From positions 5,855-69,854 of the forward strand of contig JANYBU010000288.1 of assembly GCA_025360665.1 (NCBI GenBank): DNA of 64,000 nt, in the 5' to 3' direction. The stretch is from Nitrospira sp. GTDB lineage: Bacteria > Nitrospirota > Nitrospiria > Nitrospirales > Nitrospiraceae. Made by a program: the position numbers and the translations under genes. Under the pieces are notes generated by a model. That model had not been told where the DNA came from and did not search any database. It saw nothing but the letters and a program-made list of their open reading frames with translations. Below, piece by piece: positions 1 to 9,560 of the stretch (position 1 is its first letter; the number at the start of each line of letters is the position of its first letter).

Positions 1-4
1 GTAC

Positions 5-874
5 TCATTGCGCCATCGTCTCCACGAGGTTGAGTACCTGCTCTTTGAGACTGAGCAATGTGTCAATATCGTTGGGGTAGAGATTAAGATCGCCAAAGAC
101 ATTATGGTCACGAAGCGTACCGTCATCGAAGGAACCGGGAACGAGTATGTAGGTCGCCAGTCGGTCTGCCAGGCAGGTGATCATCACTACCTGCCGATGC
201 GAGGGTGCCTGTTCATAGACCCCATAGTAGGCGATGGCCTCAGCCACCTGTGCAGGCAAGGCCCATTCATTGGCGATCAAGATGCCCACTCGAGAATGAT
301 AGCCGTCGAGGAAGGAGAGGATCGCGTTGGGCTCGAGTGGCATATGCAGCTCCGCAGCAATGGTCGTGACGGTCTTGAGCACGACTGGTTTTCCAACAGC
401 ATGCAGGAGCCCGCAGAGGTAGGCGCTTTCCACATTGTACCGCTGTAGGCGTGCGATTTCTTTGGCGTAGACTCCGCTCGCCAGCGCGTGGCGCCAGAGC
501 TGCCGAATGTCCGCTTCATAGCCTGGAATTTTGGCGGCCACATTCTTCAGAGAAACCGTGACGGCAATCTCCGACAGCTGATTCACGCCGAGCATGGCGA
601 CGGCATGCTGGAGCGACACGATCGGAGTCCGAGGCATATAGGCCGGTGAGTTGGCAATTCTCAGCACATGGGCTGCCAATGCCTGGTCTTGGTGGATGAG
701 GGTTGACAGACGGGCAGCGTCTGCCGATGGATCACTGGCCAGGGCCATGACCCGGCCGGCGACTTGTGGGAGCACCGGAAGCTCGATCCGATCCTTGTCG
801 ATCCGTTCGACTAAGGCCTGTTCGACCTGTTCCGGTATTCCCACGTTGTGAGAGTGACCTAGTTCTGTATCCAT
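5..874 (-). CDS. HDOD-domain signalling protein
   Basis: 289-aa ORF. The segment LPVLPQVAGRVMALASDPSADAARLSTLIHQDQALAAHVLRIANSPAY and the later LLHAVGKPV are typical of HDOD (HD-related output domain) proteins. Confidence 0.8.
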   Translation of the reverse strand: MDTELGHSHNVGIPEQVEQALVERIDKDRIELPVLPQVAGRVMALASDPSADAARLSTLIHQDQALAAHVLRIANSPAYMPRTPIVSLQHAVAMLGVNQLSEIAVTVSLKNVAAKIPGYEADIRQLWRHALASGVYAKEIARLQRYNVESAYLCGLLHAVGKPVVLKTVTTIAAELHMPLEPNAILSFLDGYHSRVGILIANEWALPAQVAEAIAYYGVYEQAPSHRQVVMITCLADRLATYILVPGSFDDGTLRDHNVFGDLNLYPNDIDTLLSLKEQVLNLVETMAQ

Positions 875-929
875 GGAGCGAGTCAGTCCTCAGTGCCGAT
901 TGGTGTTCACGGTAAGTCCGTACATGCTT

Positions 930-956
930 TTATCGGCAGAATGTCTCGGAACTGTA
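930..956 (-). promoter_or_regulatory. Candidate sigma28 (FliA) promoter for the HDOD gene
   Basis: The minus strand reads TACA-N15-GCCGATAA. The -10 matches the enteric sigma28 consensus GCCGATAA, but the -35 is weaker. It lies about 56 nt upstream of the ATG at 874. Confidence 0.35.
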
Positions 957-1467
957 ATTTGTTGAAGAGTATATAGACTGCCGGATTTCCGCAGTCACAG
1001 GGGCCATCCCTTCGAGAGCGACTCTGTCTCTAATGCCTATACCGCATGCGCCTGACCTGTTATTAGGGGCGGCGAGCGGGATTGTTTGTCTTTTTGGTGC
1101 GTGTGTGAGGTGGGATGATAATACGTAGGTTGTTTGATGTCAGCATTCAGTGCATTTATTTATTCGTTTCCTTGCCCATATTTTGTCTTTCCTAGAGACA
1201 TGCCTAGGGCCGATTAGCATTATTGCTATAAGTAGCACATGTATTTAATATTCCTATTAAGTGATGCCGGAATCTGATCGTGAGGCTAACCCTTGTATCA
1301 CCGTTCTCTTCTTCCTTCCTTCAACTCATGGATGCGTGAGTATCTCCGTATCTGGTCGACCTCGATTCAAAAAGACTCGCACGTAGATAGGCATCTGGCG
1401 CATCGAGAACAGGCGTGCTCGGTGTCGTTCTCCGTGCACTTGAAAACCTTCACTAAGGAGGACGCTC

Positions 1468-2175
1468 TTGATAAGGCCTAGCACGGAAGCAGTCAGGGTG
1501 TTGATCGTGGACGATCACGAAGTCGTTCGAGTGGGATTGCAGACCCTGCTGAGTCGACAGGCCAGTATCAATGTCGTCGGTGAAGCTGCCACTGTTGAAG
1601 ATGCCGTTCGTGACGCCTGCTACCTCAAGCCCGACGTGGTGCTCATGGATGTCCGTTTGTCCGGCGGCAGCGGAGTGGACGCCTGCCGTGCCATCAGGGA
1701 TTCCTGTCCCGCCACACGTGTGCTCTTTCTCACCTCCTATCAGGACGATGAGGCGGTGCTCGCTGCGGTCATTGGAGGGGCGTCCGGCTATCTGTTGAAA
1801 CACGTGAATGCCGAGGTGTTGCTGCGAGCTATTCATTCCGTGGCTCAGGGGCAGTCGATCCTCGATCCGGCCATTACTCAGCCTCTCTTGACTCGTATGC
1901 GGTTGCAGAAAAATGAGATATCCGAGCCCGATCGGACGACCCTCTCCACCCAGCAGCAGCGTGTCCTCGCGCTCGTGGCTGAGGGGAAGACGAACAAGGA
2001 GATTGGCGTATCGCTCGAATTGAGCGATAAGACCGTGAAGAACTATATCCGGTTCATCTTTCAGAAGTTGAAAGTGACCCGGCGTGCTCAGGCTGCGGCC
2101 TTTTTCATCCGCGACTTCCCCAAGGAGAAGCGGTCAGACCTTCAGCCGACGCTGAAGAAGGAAAGGGTGTGCTGA
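1468..2175 (+). CDS. NarL/FixJ-family response regulator (receiver + LuxR-type HTH)
   Basis: 235 aa. Receiver motifs are VLIVDDHEVVR, VVLMDVRLSGGSG and LLKH. The C-terminal LuxR HTH reads LSTQQQRVLALVAEGKTNKEIGVSLELSDKTVKNYIRFIFQKL. An AAGGAGG RBS precedes a TTG start. Confidence 0.9.
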   Translation: MIRPSTEAVRVLIVDDHEVVRVGLQTLLSRQASINVVGEAATVEDAVRDACYLKPDVVLMDVRLSGGSGVDACRAIRDSCPATRVLFLTSYQDDEAVLAAVIGGASGYLLKHVNAEVLLRAIHSVAQGQSILDPAITQPLLTRMRLQKNEISEPDRTTLSTQQQRVLALVAEGKTNKEIGVSLELSDKTVKNYIRFIFQKLKVTRRAQAAAFFIRDFPKEKRSDLQPTLKKERVC

Positions 2176-2763
2176 AATTAGGGTCACGTGTCGAGATTGC
2201 TTGACCGAGATCCCTCACGTCCGTGGCATTCTGCGAAGAGCCTCCACCCCTCACACAAGAAGTCGGCATCGGTAGTCTGTAGACTTCGCCCTTCTCAGTT
2301 ATTCTCCTTCTCCTCAGGGTCGTTCATTCCAGTGCCGCAGGGCCTTGGCAGTAGAGTTCGCACTGCTGTTGAAGCGGACTTACCTAGACGCCTCGCCCGG
2401 CAATCAATTCAGACGGCTGGCAGAACGTTTTGTCACGAGCATAGAGCCGAGTAGCCCATGCTGTGGCGAATAGTCCTACCATAGTAGATGATTGGGCCTA
2501 GTATATTAGAGTGGATAGCATACTGGCTCTATTATGCTAGGTGTAAAATACGATTAGCGTATGAGCTATTAGGCACTTTCAGTTATAGGAATCTCATCTA
2601 CGCTTAGTATCGATGCCCGTCCTGTATTTCCTGACAACTCAACGTAGCACAAAACGCTCATGCATACCCCCCCCACGCACGGGGCTACTGATCGTTGCGA
2701 GGATTCTATGCCCGAGTATGCCACCGTCGTCATATGTCATCACCTTTCATGAGGAGCACGCGT

Positions 2764-4173
2764 ATGAGTGTATTGTCTATTCTTGTGGTCGAGGACGATG
2801 AAGGGGTGCAGAGCCTGCTTCGCAGGTTGTTGGCGCAAGAAGGCCATCAGGTCACGGTTGTCGGGAACGGACAGGATGCCATTCGAGTGGCCCAAGAGAT
2901 TCCCGTTCACGTGTTGCTGACGGATTTGAAACTGCCTGATATCGATGGCCTGGCCGTCCTGGAGCGCATCCTTCAGATCGATCCTAAGGTTCTCGGTATT
3001 GTGATGACCGGCTACGGCTCGATTGACGTTGCCATCAAGGCCATGAAGGTCGGCGCATTCGATTTTCTCATAAAACCATTCGACAGCGAGGTCGTCGTAG
3101 CCTCGATTAATAAAGCGTTGGAGGCGCATCGTCGCAGCCAGGACACTCGTGGGTCGCGGAAATCTGTGCGCGTTCCTTATCGGGCGGAGCAGTTAGTCGG
3201 CACCAGCGAACCGATTCGGCGTGTCCTGGATTTCGTCGCGAAGGTTGCAGACCACGACAGCACAGTCTTGATTCAAGGAGAGAGTGGGACCGGCAAGGAG
3301 TTGGTCGCGCGGATGCTGCACTTCAACAGTGTACGCAAAGACCGTCCGTTCGTTCCCGTCAACTGTGGGGCCATTCCCGAAAACCTGCTTGAATCCGAGT
3401 TGTTCGGCCATGAGAAGGGTGCGTTTACCGGCGCCGCCCAGATGCGAATCGGACGCTTTGAATTGGCGCACGGCGGGACGATCTTCCTCGACGAAATCGG
3501 CGAGTTGAGCCTCGGGCTACAAGTGAAACTCCTTCGCGTGCTGCAAGAGCGTTCGTTCGAACGAGTGGGGGGTACGCGAACGATCGACGTGGATGTCCGC
3601 GTCGTCGCCGCCACCAATCAAGATTTGGAGCAGGCCGTCCAGCAGAAGCGCTTCCGAAATGATCTGTACTACCGCCTAAATGTGATTCCGATTACCACGC
3701 CCTCGCTGAAGGAGCGACGGAGTGATATCCCGCAATTGGTGCATCATTTCATGGAGAGATTGAATCGCACGAAGCAAACTGCCATTACAGGCTGTTCCCC
3801 GGATGCGATGACCTGTCTGATGGAACATCACTGGCCTGGAAATATTCGTGAGTTGGAAAACATGATCGAGCGCCTCGTGGTGTTGAAACAATCAGGGGCC
3901 ATCGAGGTTGCTGATCTTCCCGAGCGCGTCTTCCCTAGGCCTGCGGCGTTGGAACCGACGGAGGAACATTTCATCGGATTTACTGATCAGGGGGTCAGTC
4001 TGTCACGAGAACTCGAACAGTTCGAAAACCGCCTCATCGTTGGCGCACTTCGACGGGCCAACGGGATCACCAGCAAAGCTGCCCAGTTGCTCCAGGTAAA
4101 CCGCACCACGCTCGTCGAGAAATTGAAGCGGAAAGGGTTTGCCACGAAGGCTCAGGGCTGTCTTGCCGTCTAG
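2764..4173 (+). CDS. Sigma54-dependent response regulator (NtrC family; FleQ/FlrA-like candidate master regulator)
   Basis: Receiver (ILVVEDDEG..., LLTDLKLPDIDG, LIKPF), AAA+ domain (GESGTGKE, GAFTGA in EKGAFTGA, VRVVAATN) and a C-terminal Fis-type HTH. I place the start at ATG 2764 (MSVLSILVVEDD) behind a GAGGAG RBS, rather than at the track start 2695. Confidence 0.9.
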   Translation: MSVLSILVVEDDEGVQSLLRRLLAQEGHQVTVVGNGQDAIRVAQEIPVHVLLTDLKLPDIDGLAVLERILQIDPKVLGIVMTGYGSIDVAIKAMKVGAFDFLIKPFDSEVVVASINKALEAHRRSQDTRGSRKSVRVPYRAEQLVGTSEPIRRVLDFVAKVADHDSTVLIQGESGTGKELVARMLHFNSVRKDRPFVPVNCGAIPENLLESELFGHEKGAFTGAAQMRIGRFELAHGGTIFLDEIGELSLGLQVKLLRVLQERSFERVGGTRTIDVDVRVVAATNQDLEQAVQQKRFRNDLYYRLNVIPITTPSLKERRSDIPQLVHHFMERLNRTKQTAITGCSPDAMTCLMEHHWPGNIRELENMIERLVVLKQSGAIEVADLPERVFPRPAALEPTEEHFIGFTDQGVSLSRELEQFENRLIVGALRRANGITSKAAQLLQVNRTTLVEKLKRKGFATKAQGCLAV

Positions 4174-4484
4174 CGAGGGATCACCGACAGATCGTTTAAT
4201 AGATTTCTTCCAAGGGGAATATTCCATCGCCAGCACCGCTGCGAAGCGTGAACCGGAAGGCGTAAGCATGACGCCCTCGGTGGCGTGTGTAGGTCTGCTG
4301 CGACTAGTTGCTCTGCGCGTGAACTGCTCCCGCCGAATCTCTCATCCCTCCGCCTGGTTCTCCCTGTCAATCGGTTGACCAGTCTCATAGGCGAAGCGTT
4401 GAAGTTTTGACGCTCATCACGAAGGTGCAGCGGACAAGGTCACAGTTTCCTGCGCAGAATGCGTATTTACTCGCATGTCCTAAA

Positions 4485-4500
4485 GGGCACAGAAATTGCT
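4485..4500 (+). promoter_or_regulatory. Candidate sigma54 -24/-12 promoter (GGGCAC-N5-TTGCT)
   Basis: gGGCACagaaaTTGCt has correct GG-N10-GC spacing. It sits only about 12 nt before the ATG of the TPR gene, so the transcript would have almost no leader. Confidence 0.4.
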
Positions 4501-4511
4501 GAACCCTTCAC

Positions 4512-6674
4512 ATGTCTATGCGAATCACGACATCTTGTAATTGGTTGTTAGCCTGTCTGCTTACGCAGGGTCTCTTGCTGGACGCCGCTGCTGCCGCTGA
4601 CACGAGACCGTTACCCCCTGCGACATCACCCATCCACGCACAACCGGTTCAGACCAGTTCTCCGGCTTCCTCATCACGGCTTACGCTGCCCGATGAGGGA
4701 CCCCGCTACGACCATATTGAGGAGGGACTAGACTCCTTGCAGTTCCAGGAGACGGTTGCGTTATTCACACACGGGCAGTATGCCATGGCTCGCGCGGGAT
4801 TTGCCGCACTCGTCAAACACGATCCGGACAGCGTGCTGGTGCCTTCGGCGAAGGCCTTCTTGGCCGAACTCACTCTACTCGAGGACCAGACCGGGCATGG
4901 ACGGTCAGAAGCCATTACGCAATATCGTGCACTGATTCGTCTGTACCCGAAGGACCCGAATACCTCGCGTGCACTCTGGCGGATCGGTGACCTCTATGTC
5001 GAGATGGGATGGTTCCAGGAGGCCATTGTCGCCTATGAATATGCCACATCGCGCGTGTTGGCTCGCGCTGACGCAGACCGATCCATGCTCAGTTTGGGCG
5101 TCACACTCGAGTCACGGGAGCGCTGGGCGGACGCGGAACGGGCCTTCGAGACGGTCCGGAAACGCACGACCGACGATCGCGTCTTGATGCGGGCGACACT
5201 GGGCCTGGCCAAGGCCCTGTGCGTGCTGCAGCGCAAGCGAGAGGCACAACCGCTGTACGACATGCTCTATCAGCGTTGGCCGGAATTTCTCAGGAGCGAT
5301 CCGCAGGGCTTGCAGCAGTATGGCGAAGTCCTCGTGGGCACGGACCAGCTGCAACGGGCTCGTGCCGTCGATACGCTTCTGTATAACCTGTATCCGTCGT
5401 CCCAGTATGCCGGCGCTGCACTCGTTCGTCTCGGGGATAGCCACCGCCGACTGGGTTTGCAAAAACAGGCGGAGATGTTCTACCTCGCCGCCCAGGCGCA
5501 GTACGCCGGCACGACGGAAGCAGGGATCGCCCGCATGCATCTGGCACGGACTGAACAGGAGATGGCGGTGTCGGCGGGCGAGTCCTTCTTGAAGAAAAAG
5601 GTGGAGGGCATGATCCGGGGAGCCAGCGCCTCCTACCTGGAGTCATCCGCAGGCGAGACCCTCTATAAGACCATTGCCAAGGAACATCCGCATGACTTCC
5701 TCGGCAGCGAGGCGCTCTTCCAGTTGGCCGCGCACCACGAATTAGGAAGTGCGCCATCACGTGCCATCCAGACCTATCTCGACGTGACTCGGCGGGCGGG
5801 TGTTGTCGAGCATGATCCGTGGCCTCAAGCGGCCAGACTCCGTCTTGCCGTGATGTTGAAACCCCAGTTGGAAGCCGCGCTCAAGGCCAAGAACGATATC
5901 CAGGTGGCCATACTGTTCCATAGCCACGGACAGGCTCCGGAACAACACTACATAGGAACGCGTCTTTTGCTGGAGGTGGCCGATACGCATCGCCGCCTGG
6001 GGTTCTCTGCAGAAGCTGCGCGTCTCTATCAAACGTTGGTACGGGATCGGAAGGCGGCTCCGCTCCACGAGTCCGCGCTCATCGGTCTTGGTGAAAGTTA
6101 TTTGGATCAACGAGAGTCCGCGGCGGCTCGGAACGTGTTCGAGAGTTTCCGCCTCCAGTATCCGCAGAGTCCACAGTCGATACTGGTCTTGCGACAGTTG
6201 ATCACGGCCATGCTTGAGCAAGGAGACCGCCACAGCGCGATTAGGTTGATGCGACAGTGGCTTCGAGCGCACCCCCGCGAACAGGAACGAGGCTGGATGC
6301 AGCTTGCGCTGGCGAAAACGCTTGCGGACGATCACCAAACCGGAGAAGCCGTGGCGGCATTCGAAGAAGCCGCACGCCACAAATTTATGCAGTCGCAGAG
6401 CGATCGCCTCATGTTTGCAGACCTCTTGACGTCGCTCAACAAACATGAACAGGCAGTGGATCTCTATCAACGGATCCTGGCCTCCCATCCGGTGCCGGAT
6501 GAGGCCGAGTGGGCGCGGCTGCAGATCGTCCGAAACCTGGCTACCCAGAAGCTGCATGGCCCAGTGCGCGCCGTGCTGACGCCCGGCGCAGGAACTGGCG
6601 ACCCACTTCTGTATCGGGCAGCGGCAGCGATACAGGCTAGTCTCCGCGTCACCACCGAGAAGGAAGGAGGATGA
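4512..6674 (+). CDS. Exported TPR-repeat protein
   Basis: 720 aa. N-terminal signal peptide (MSMRITTSCNWLLACLLTQGLLLDAAAAAD). Repeated A/Y/L-rich helical-pair patterns typical of TPR (AITQYRALIRLYPKDPNTSRALWRIGDLYVEMGWFQEAIVAYEYA). The stop abuts the downstream kinase start. Confidence 0.75.
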   Translation: MSMRITTSCNWLLACLLTQGLLLDAAAAADTRPLPPATSPIHAQPVQTSSPASSSRLTLPDEGPRYDHIEEGLDSLQFQETVALFTHGQYAMARAGFAALVKHDPDSVLVPSAKAFLAELTLLEDQTGHGRSEAITQYRALIRLYPKDPNTSRALWRIGDLYVEMGWFQEAIVAYEYATSRVLARADADRSMLSLGVTLESRERWADAERAFETVRKRTTDDRVLMRATLGLAKALCVLQRKREAQPLYDMLYQRWPEFLRSDPQGLQQYGEVLVGTDQLQRARAVDTLLYNLYPSSQYAGAALVRLGDSHRRLGLQKQAEMFYLAAQAQYAGTTEAGIARMHLARTEQEMAVSAGESFLKKKVEGMIRGASASYLESSAGETLYKTIAKEHPHDFLGSEALFQLAAHHELGSAPSRAIQTYLDVTRRAGVVEHDPWPQAARLRLAVMLKPQLEAALKAKNDIQVAILFHSHGQAPEQHYIGTRLLLEVADTHRRLGFSAEAARLYQTLVRDRKAAPLHESALIGLGESYLDQRESAAARNVFESFRLQYPQSPQSILVLRQLITAMLEQGDRHSAIRLMRQWLRAHPREQERGWMQLALAKTLADDHQTGEAVAAFEEAARHKFMQSQSDRLMFADLLTSLNKHEQAVDLYQRILASHPVPDEAEWARLQIVRNLATQKLHGPVRAVLTPGAGTGDPLLYRAAAAIQASLRVTTEKEGG

Positions 6675-6675
6675 T

Positions 6676-7983
6676 GTGATGAACGCACACCCTGTTCCGG
6701 CAATCACGGATAGCGATTTGCTGCACGAAGCCTTTCGGAGTTTCGACGATGCGGCGGCGACGTTGCAACAATCCTATCAGACGTTGACGTCTCGGCTGGA
6801 GCAGCTCGACGTGGAACTGGCTGACCGCAACGAGGCGCTGCGGCAGAATTTGTGCGCGAACGAACAGTTACGCGAGCATTTAACGGCGATTGTCGAGTCC
6901 CTTTCGACCGGCTTGCTCGTCATGGATGAAGCAGGAATCATCACCCGCTGCAACCAGGCAGGCACGCAATTGCTCGGACTGGCCCACGAACAGATCGTCG
7001 GACACTCTTTAGCCGTTTGTCTCAAAGAGGCCCGCTTGGACGGCGACGTGTATCCCCTGACCACGCAGCAGGGGGCGGCCGTTTCACTTTCCCAACGAGC
7101 CTTGCAGACAAGCGACGGGCGCCATGCCGGGAGCTTGGCGTTGATTCAGGATGTCACGGCGGTACGAGAACTGGAAGACCGGCTGCAACGCCGCAATCGT
7201 TTGGCGGCCATGGGCGAGATGGTCGGGCGGATTGCCCATGAAATTCGGAACCCGCTCGGCAGTATCGAACTGTTCGCGTCGATGCTGCACCGCGATTTGA
7301 ACGACGCGCCGGGGCTGCGAAGATACGCCGAGCATATCTCGTCGTCTGTCCACATGATGAATCGTCTCTTGACGAATCTTCTGGTCTATACCAAGCCCGA
7401 TTGTTCACATGGAGCGCGGCATGAGACGGAAGCCCTCATGCTGGATGCCTTGACCTTAGCCGCCCATGCCGTCGCCGGCGCCAGAGTCGACATTCGCCTG
7501 GATGTCGATCCTCTGGCACCTCATATCTGGTGCGATGCGGGGCAGATGAAACAAGTGCTCCTCAACTTGATTCTGAACGGCATTCACGCCATGCCGGACG
7601 GTGGAACGCTGACGCTGTCGGCAAGATTGACAGCAGAACCGGCTCCCGGTGTACCGGGTATGTGTCTTTCGGTTTCGGATACCGGTGTCGGCATCCCGGC
7701 GGCGCAGCGCTCGAGGATTTTCGATCCCTTTTTCACCACCAGGGATGAAGGCACCGGGTTAGGACTCGCCATTGTCCACGCGATTGTCGAAGGGCATCGT
7801 GGCCGAATCGACGTCGACAGTGTGGAGGGACGCGGCACCACGTTCTCGATCGCCCTCCCGAATCATCAAGAACCGAGCCGCGTGCCGATACGCGAATCGC
7901 CCGCCATGGCGTCCGGCGACGAGTACAGCGCGGCTGAAATGCTTGATGAGCGACTGCTTGTTGAAGAGGAGACCTCTGCATGA
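6676..7983 (+). CDS. Soluble PAS sensor histidine kinase (FleS/FlrB-like)
   Basis: 435 aa with no TM segment. PAS-like segment (LSTGLLVMDEAGIITRCNQAG), H-box (MVGRIAHEIRNPLGSI), and HATPase N and G boxes (LLNLILNGIHAM, DTGVGIP, GTGLGLAIV). Confidence 0.85.
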   Translation: MMNAHPVPAITDSDLLHEAFRSFDDAAATLQQSYQTLTSRLEQLDVELADRNEALRQNLCANEQLREHLTAIVESLSTGLLVMDEAGIITRCNQAGTQLLGLAHEQIVGHSLAVCLKEARLDGDVYPLTTQQGAAVSLSQRALQTSDGRHAGSLALIQDVTAVRELEDRLQRRNRLAAMGEMVGRIAHEIRNPLGSIELFASMLHRDLNDAPGLRRYAEHISSSVHMMNRLLTNLLVYTKPDCSHGARHETEALMLDALTLAAHAVAGARVDIRLDVDPLAPHIWCDAGQMKQVLLNLILNGIHAMPDGGTLTLSARLTAEPAPGVPGMCLSVSDTGVGIPAAQRSRIFDPFFTTRDEGTGLGLAIVHAIVEGHRGRIDVDSVEGRGTTFSIALPNHQEPSRVPIRESPAMASGDEYSAAEMLDERLLVEEETSA

Positions 7984-9386
7984 CCGACCACAACACAGAA
8001 TGCCCTATGACGGATGTTCCTGCGCAGGCGGAACGAATTTTGATCGTCGACGATGATCCATCCATGCGGACCGCTTTAATGGAGTCTGTCCGTCGTCTAG
8101 GCTTTGACGTGCAGGGTGCGATAGATGGCGCCGATGCCGTCGAGCGGGTTAGCCGCTATAAGCCCTGGCTGGTCGTGACCGATTTGAAGATGCCCCGGCT
8201 CGGCGGACTCGATCTGATTAAGGAGATCAAGAGCCGTTCGCCGCACACGTTGATGGTGCTGATGACCGCCTATGGGACGGTGGAAACCGCCGTGGAGGCC
8301 ATGAAATACGGAGCGAGCGATTACATTCTCAAGCCGTTCTCCACCGACTTGCTGGAGCGAGTCATCGCCAACCTGAAAGCACGCGGAGCGGATGCGTCGA
8401 TGTCACCGTCTGCGCCGATCGACCAGCGGTCTATCCTGACACAAGATCCCGGCATGGTCCGGCTGCTCAGCACCGTTGAGGGCGTCGCCGCGAGCCAAGC
8501 GACCGTCCTCATTCATGGAGAAAGCGGCACAGGGAAGGAACTGCTGGCTCGCTTTATTCACAGCCGAAGCCCACGTGCGCACCGTCCGTTTATTGCTGTG
8601 AATTGCGCGGCGTTACCGGACGGACTCTTGGAGAGCGAACTATTCGGCCATGAGCGGGGGGCGTTTACCGGTGCCATCATGAAGAAAATCGGCAAGTTTG
8701 AGATGGCGCACACCGGCACCTTGTTGTTGGATGAAATCAGCGAAATAAACATGGGCCTGCAGGCCAAGTTGCTCCGCGTGATCCAGGAACGGGAGGTGGA
8801 TCGAGTCGGAGGGCGTGAGCCGGTATCCGTGAACATTCGTGTCATCGCCACGACAAACCGCTCGCTCTACCACGAAGTGGAGCAGGGCCGGTTTCGGGAA
8901 GATTTGTATTACCGTTTGAATGTCTTCCCCATCACGGTGCCTCCGTTACGGGAGCGGCCCGCGGACATTCCGTTGCTCGTGAGGCATTTCGTGGCCGTCT
9001 CAGCGGCTCGCAATGGTCTTCCGCAACCGACGATATCGGAGGCGGCGTACGCCATGCTCCAGGACAGACGATGGAAAGGGAACGTGCGCGAACTGGAGAA
9101 TGTCATGGAACGTGCCGTGCTCTTAGCCGGGAACGGGCCGATTCTCCCGAGCCACGTATTGCTGGACTTCGTCGGACAACCGGTATCATGCGCGCCAGTC
9201 CCATCTGTGCCACTGCCTTCTGCCAACGGGTCGTTGTGGGAAATGGAGCGCGAGTTGATTTTTCAAACCTTGGCGCGAGTCAACGAGAATCGTACGCATG
9301 CGGCGAAGGAACTGGGCATCAGCATTCGAACCTTGCGGAACAAGCTTCGAGAATATCGAGGGACAAGTTGTCAGGTCTTGGCATAA
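7980..9386 (+). CDS. Sigma54-dependent response regulator (FleR/FlrC-like)
   Basis: 468 aa. Receiver (ILIVDDDPS, LVVTDLKMPRLGG, ILKPF), AAA+ domain (GESGTGKE, ERGAFTGA) and C-terminal HTH (HAAKELGISIRTLRNKL). An ATGA overlap with the kinase stop suggests translational coupling. Confidence 0.9.
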   Translation: MTDHNTECPMTDVPAQAERILIVDDDPSMRTALMESVRRLGFDVQGAIDGADAVERVSRYKPWLVVTDLKMPRLGGLDLIKEIKSRSPHTLMVLMTAYGTVETAVEAMKYGASDYILKPFSTDLLERVIANLKARGADASMSPSAPIDQRSILTQDPGMVRLLSTVEGVAASQATVLIHGESGTGKELLARFIHSRSPRAHRPFIAVNCAALPDGLLESELFGHERGAFTGAIMKKIGKFEMAHTGTLLLDEISEINMGLQAKLLRVIQEREVDRVGGREPVSVNIRVIATTNRSLYHEVEQGRFREDLYYRLNVFPITVPPLRERPADIPLLVRHFVAVSAARNGLPQPTISEAAYAMLQDRRWKGNVRELENVMERAVLLAGNGPILPSHVLLDFVGQPVSCAPVPSVPLPSANGSLWEMERELIFQTLARVNENRTHAAKELGISIRTLRNKLREYRGTSCQVLA

Positions 9387-9496
9387 CCCAACGGTCCACC
9401 ATGGCGTGGGTAGAAAATGGTCAGCATTTACTGCCGATGGGCAGATGTGGCTATCGGCGGTCTCTGCCGGCGCGATGGCCTTCAGCCGGTCGTCGA

Positions 9497-9512
9497 TGGC
9501 ATCCCGATTGCA
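9497..9512 (+). promoter_or_regulatory. Sigma54 promoter upstream of flgB (TGGCAT-N5-TTGCA)
   Basis: TGGCATcccgaTTGCA has exact GG-N10-GC spacing. It is intergenic, about 50 nt upstream of the flgB ATG. Confidence 0.75.
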
Positions 9513-9560
9513 CCTATGACGGCTATGTCGGCGGATACGATAACTGGGGGGGAAAGCATC

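Noticed and set aside
2188-2454. 88-aa ORF in the spacer after the NarL-type regulator
   Set aside because: It has no RBS, and its Ser/Arg/Pro-rich translation has no motif. The region is better interpreted as regulatory.
2524-2538. TGGCTC-tatta-TGCTA as a sigma54 promoter for the FleQ-like gene
   Set aside because: The GG-to-GC spacing is 9 nt instead of 10, and the sequence is also explained as half of the TAGCATA/TATGCTA inverted repeat.
5757-6707. 316-aa minus-strand ORF
   Set aside because: It lies entirely antisense to the well-supported TPR gene. Its Arg/Gly/Pro-rich, low-complexity translation is typical of shadow ORFs in GC-rich DNA.
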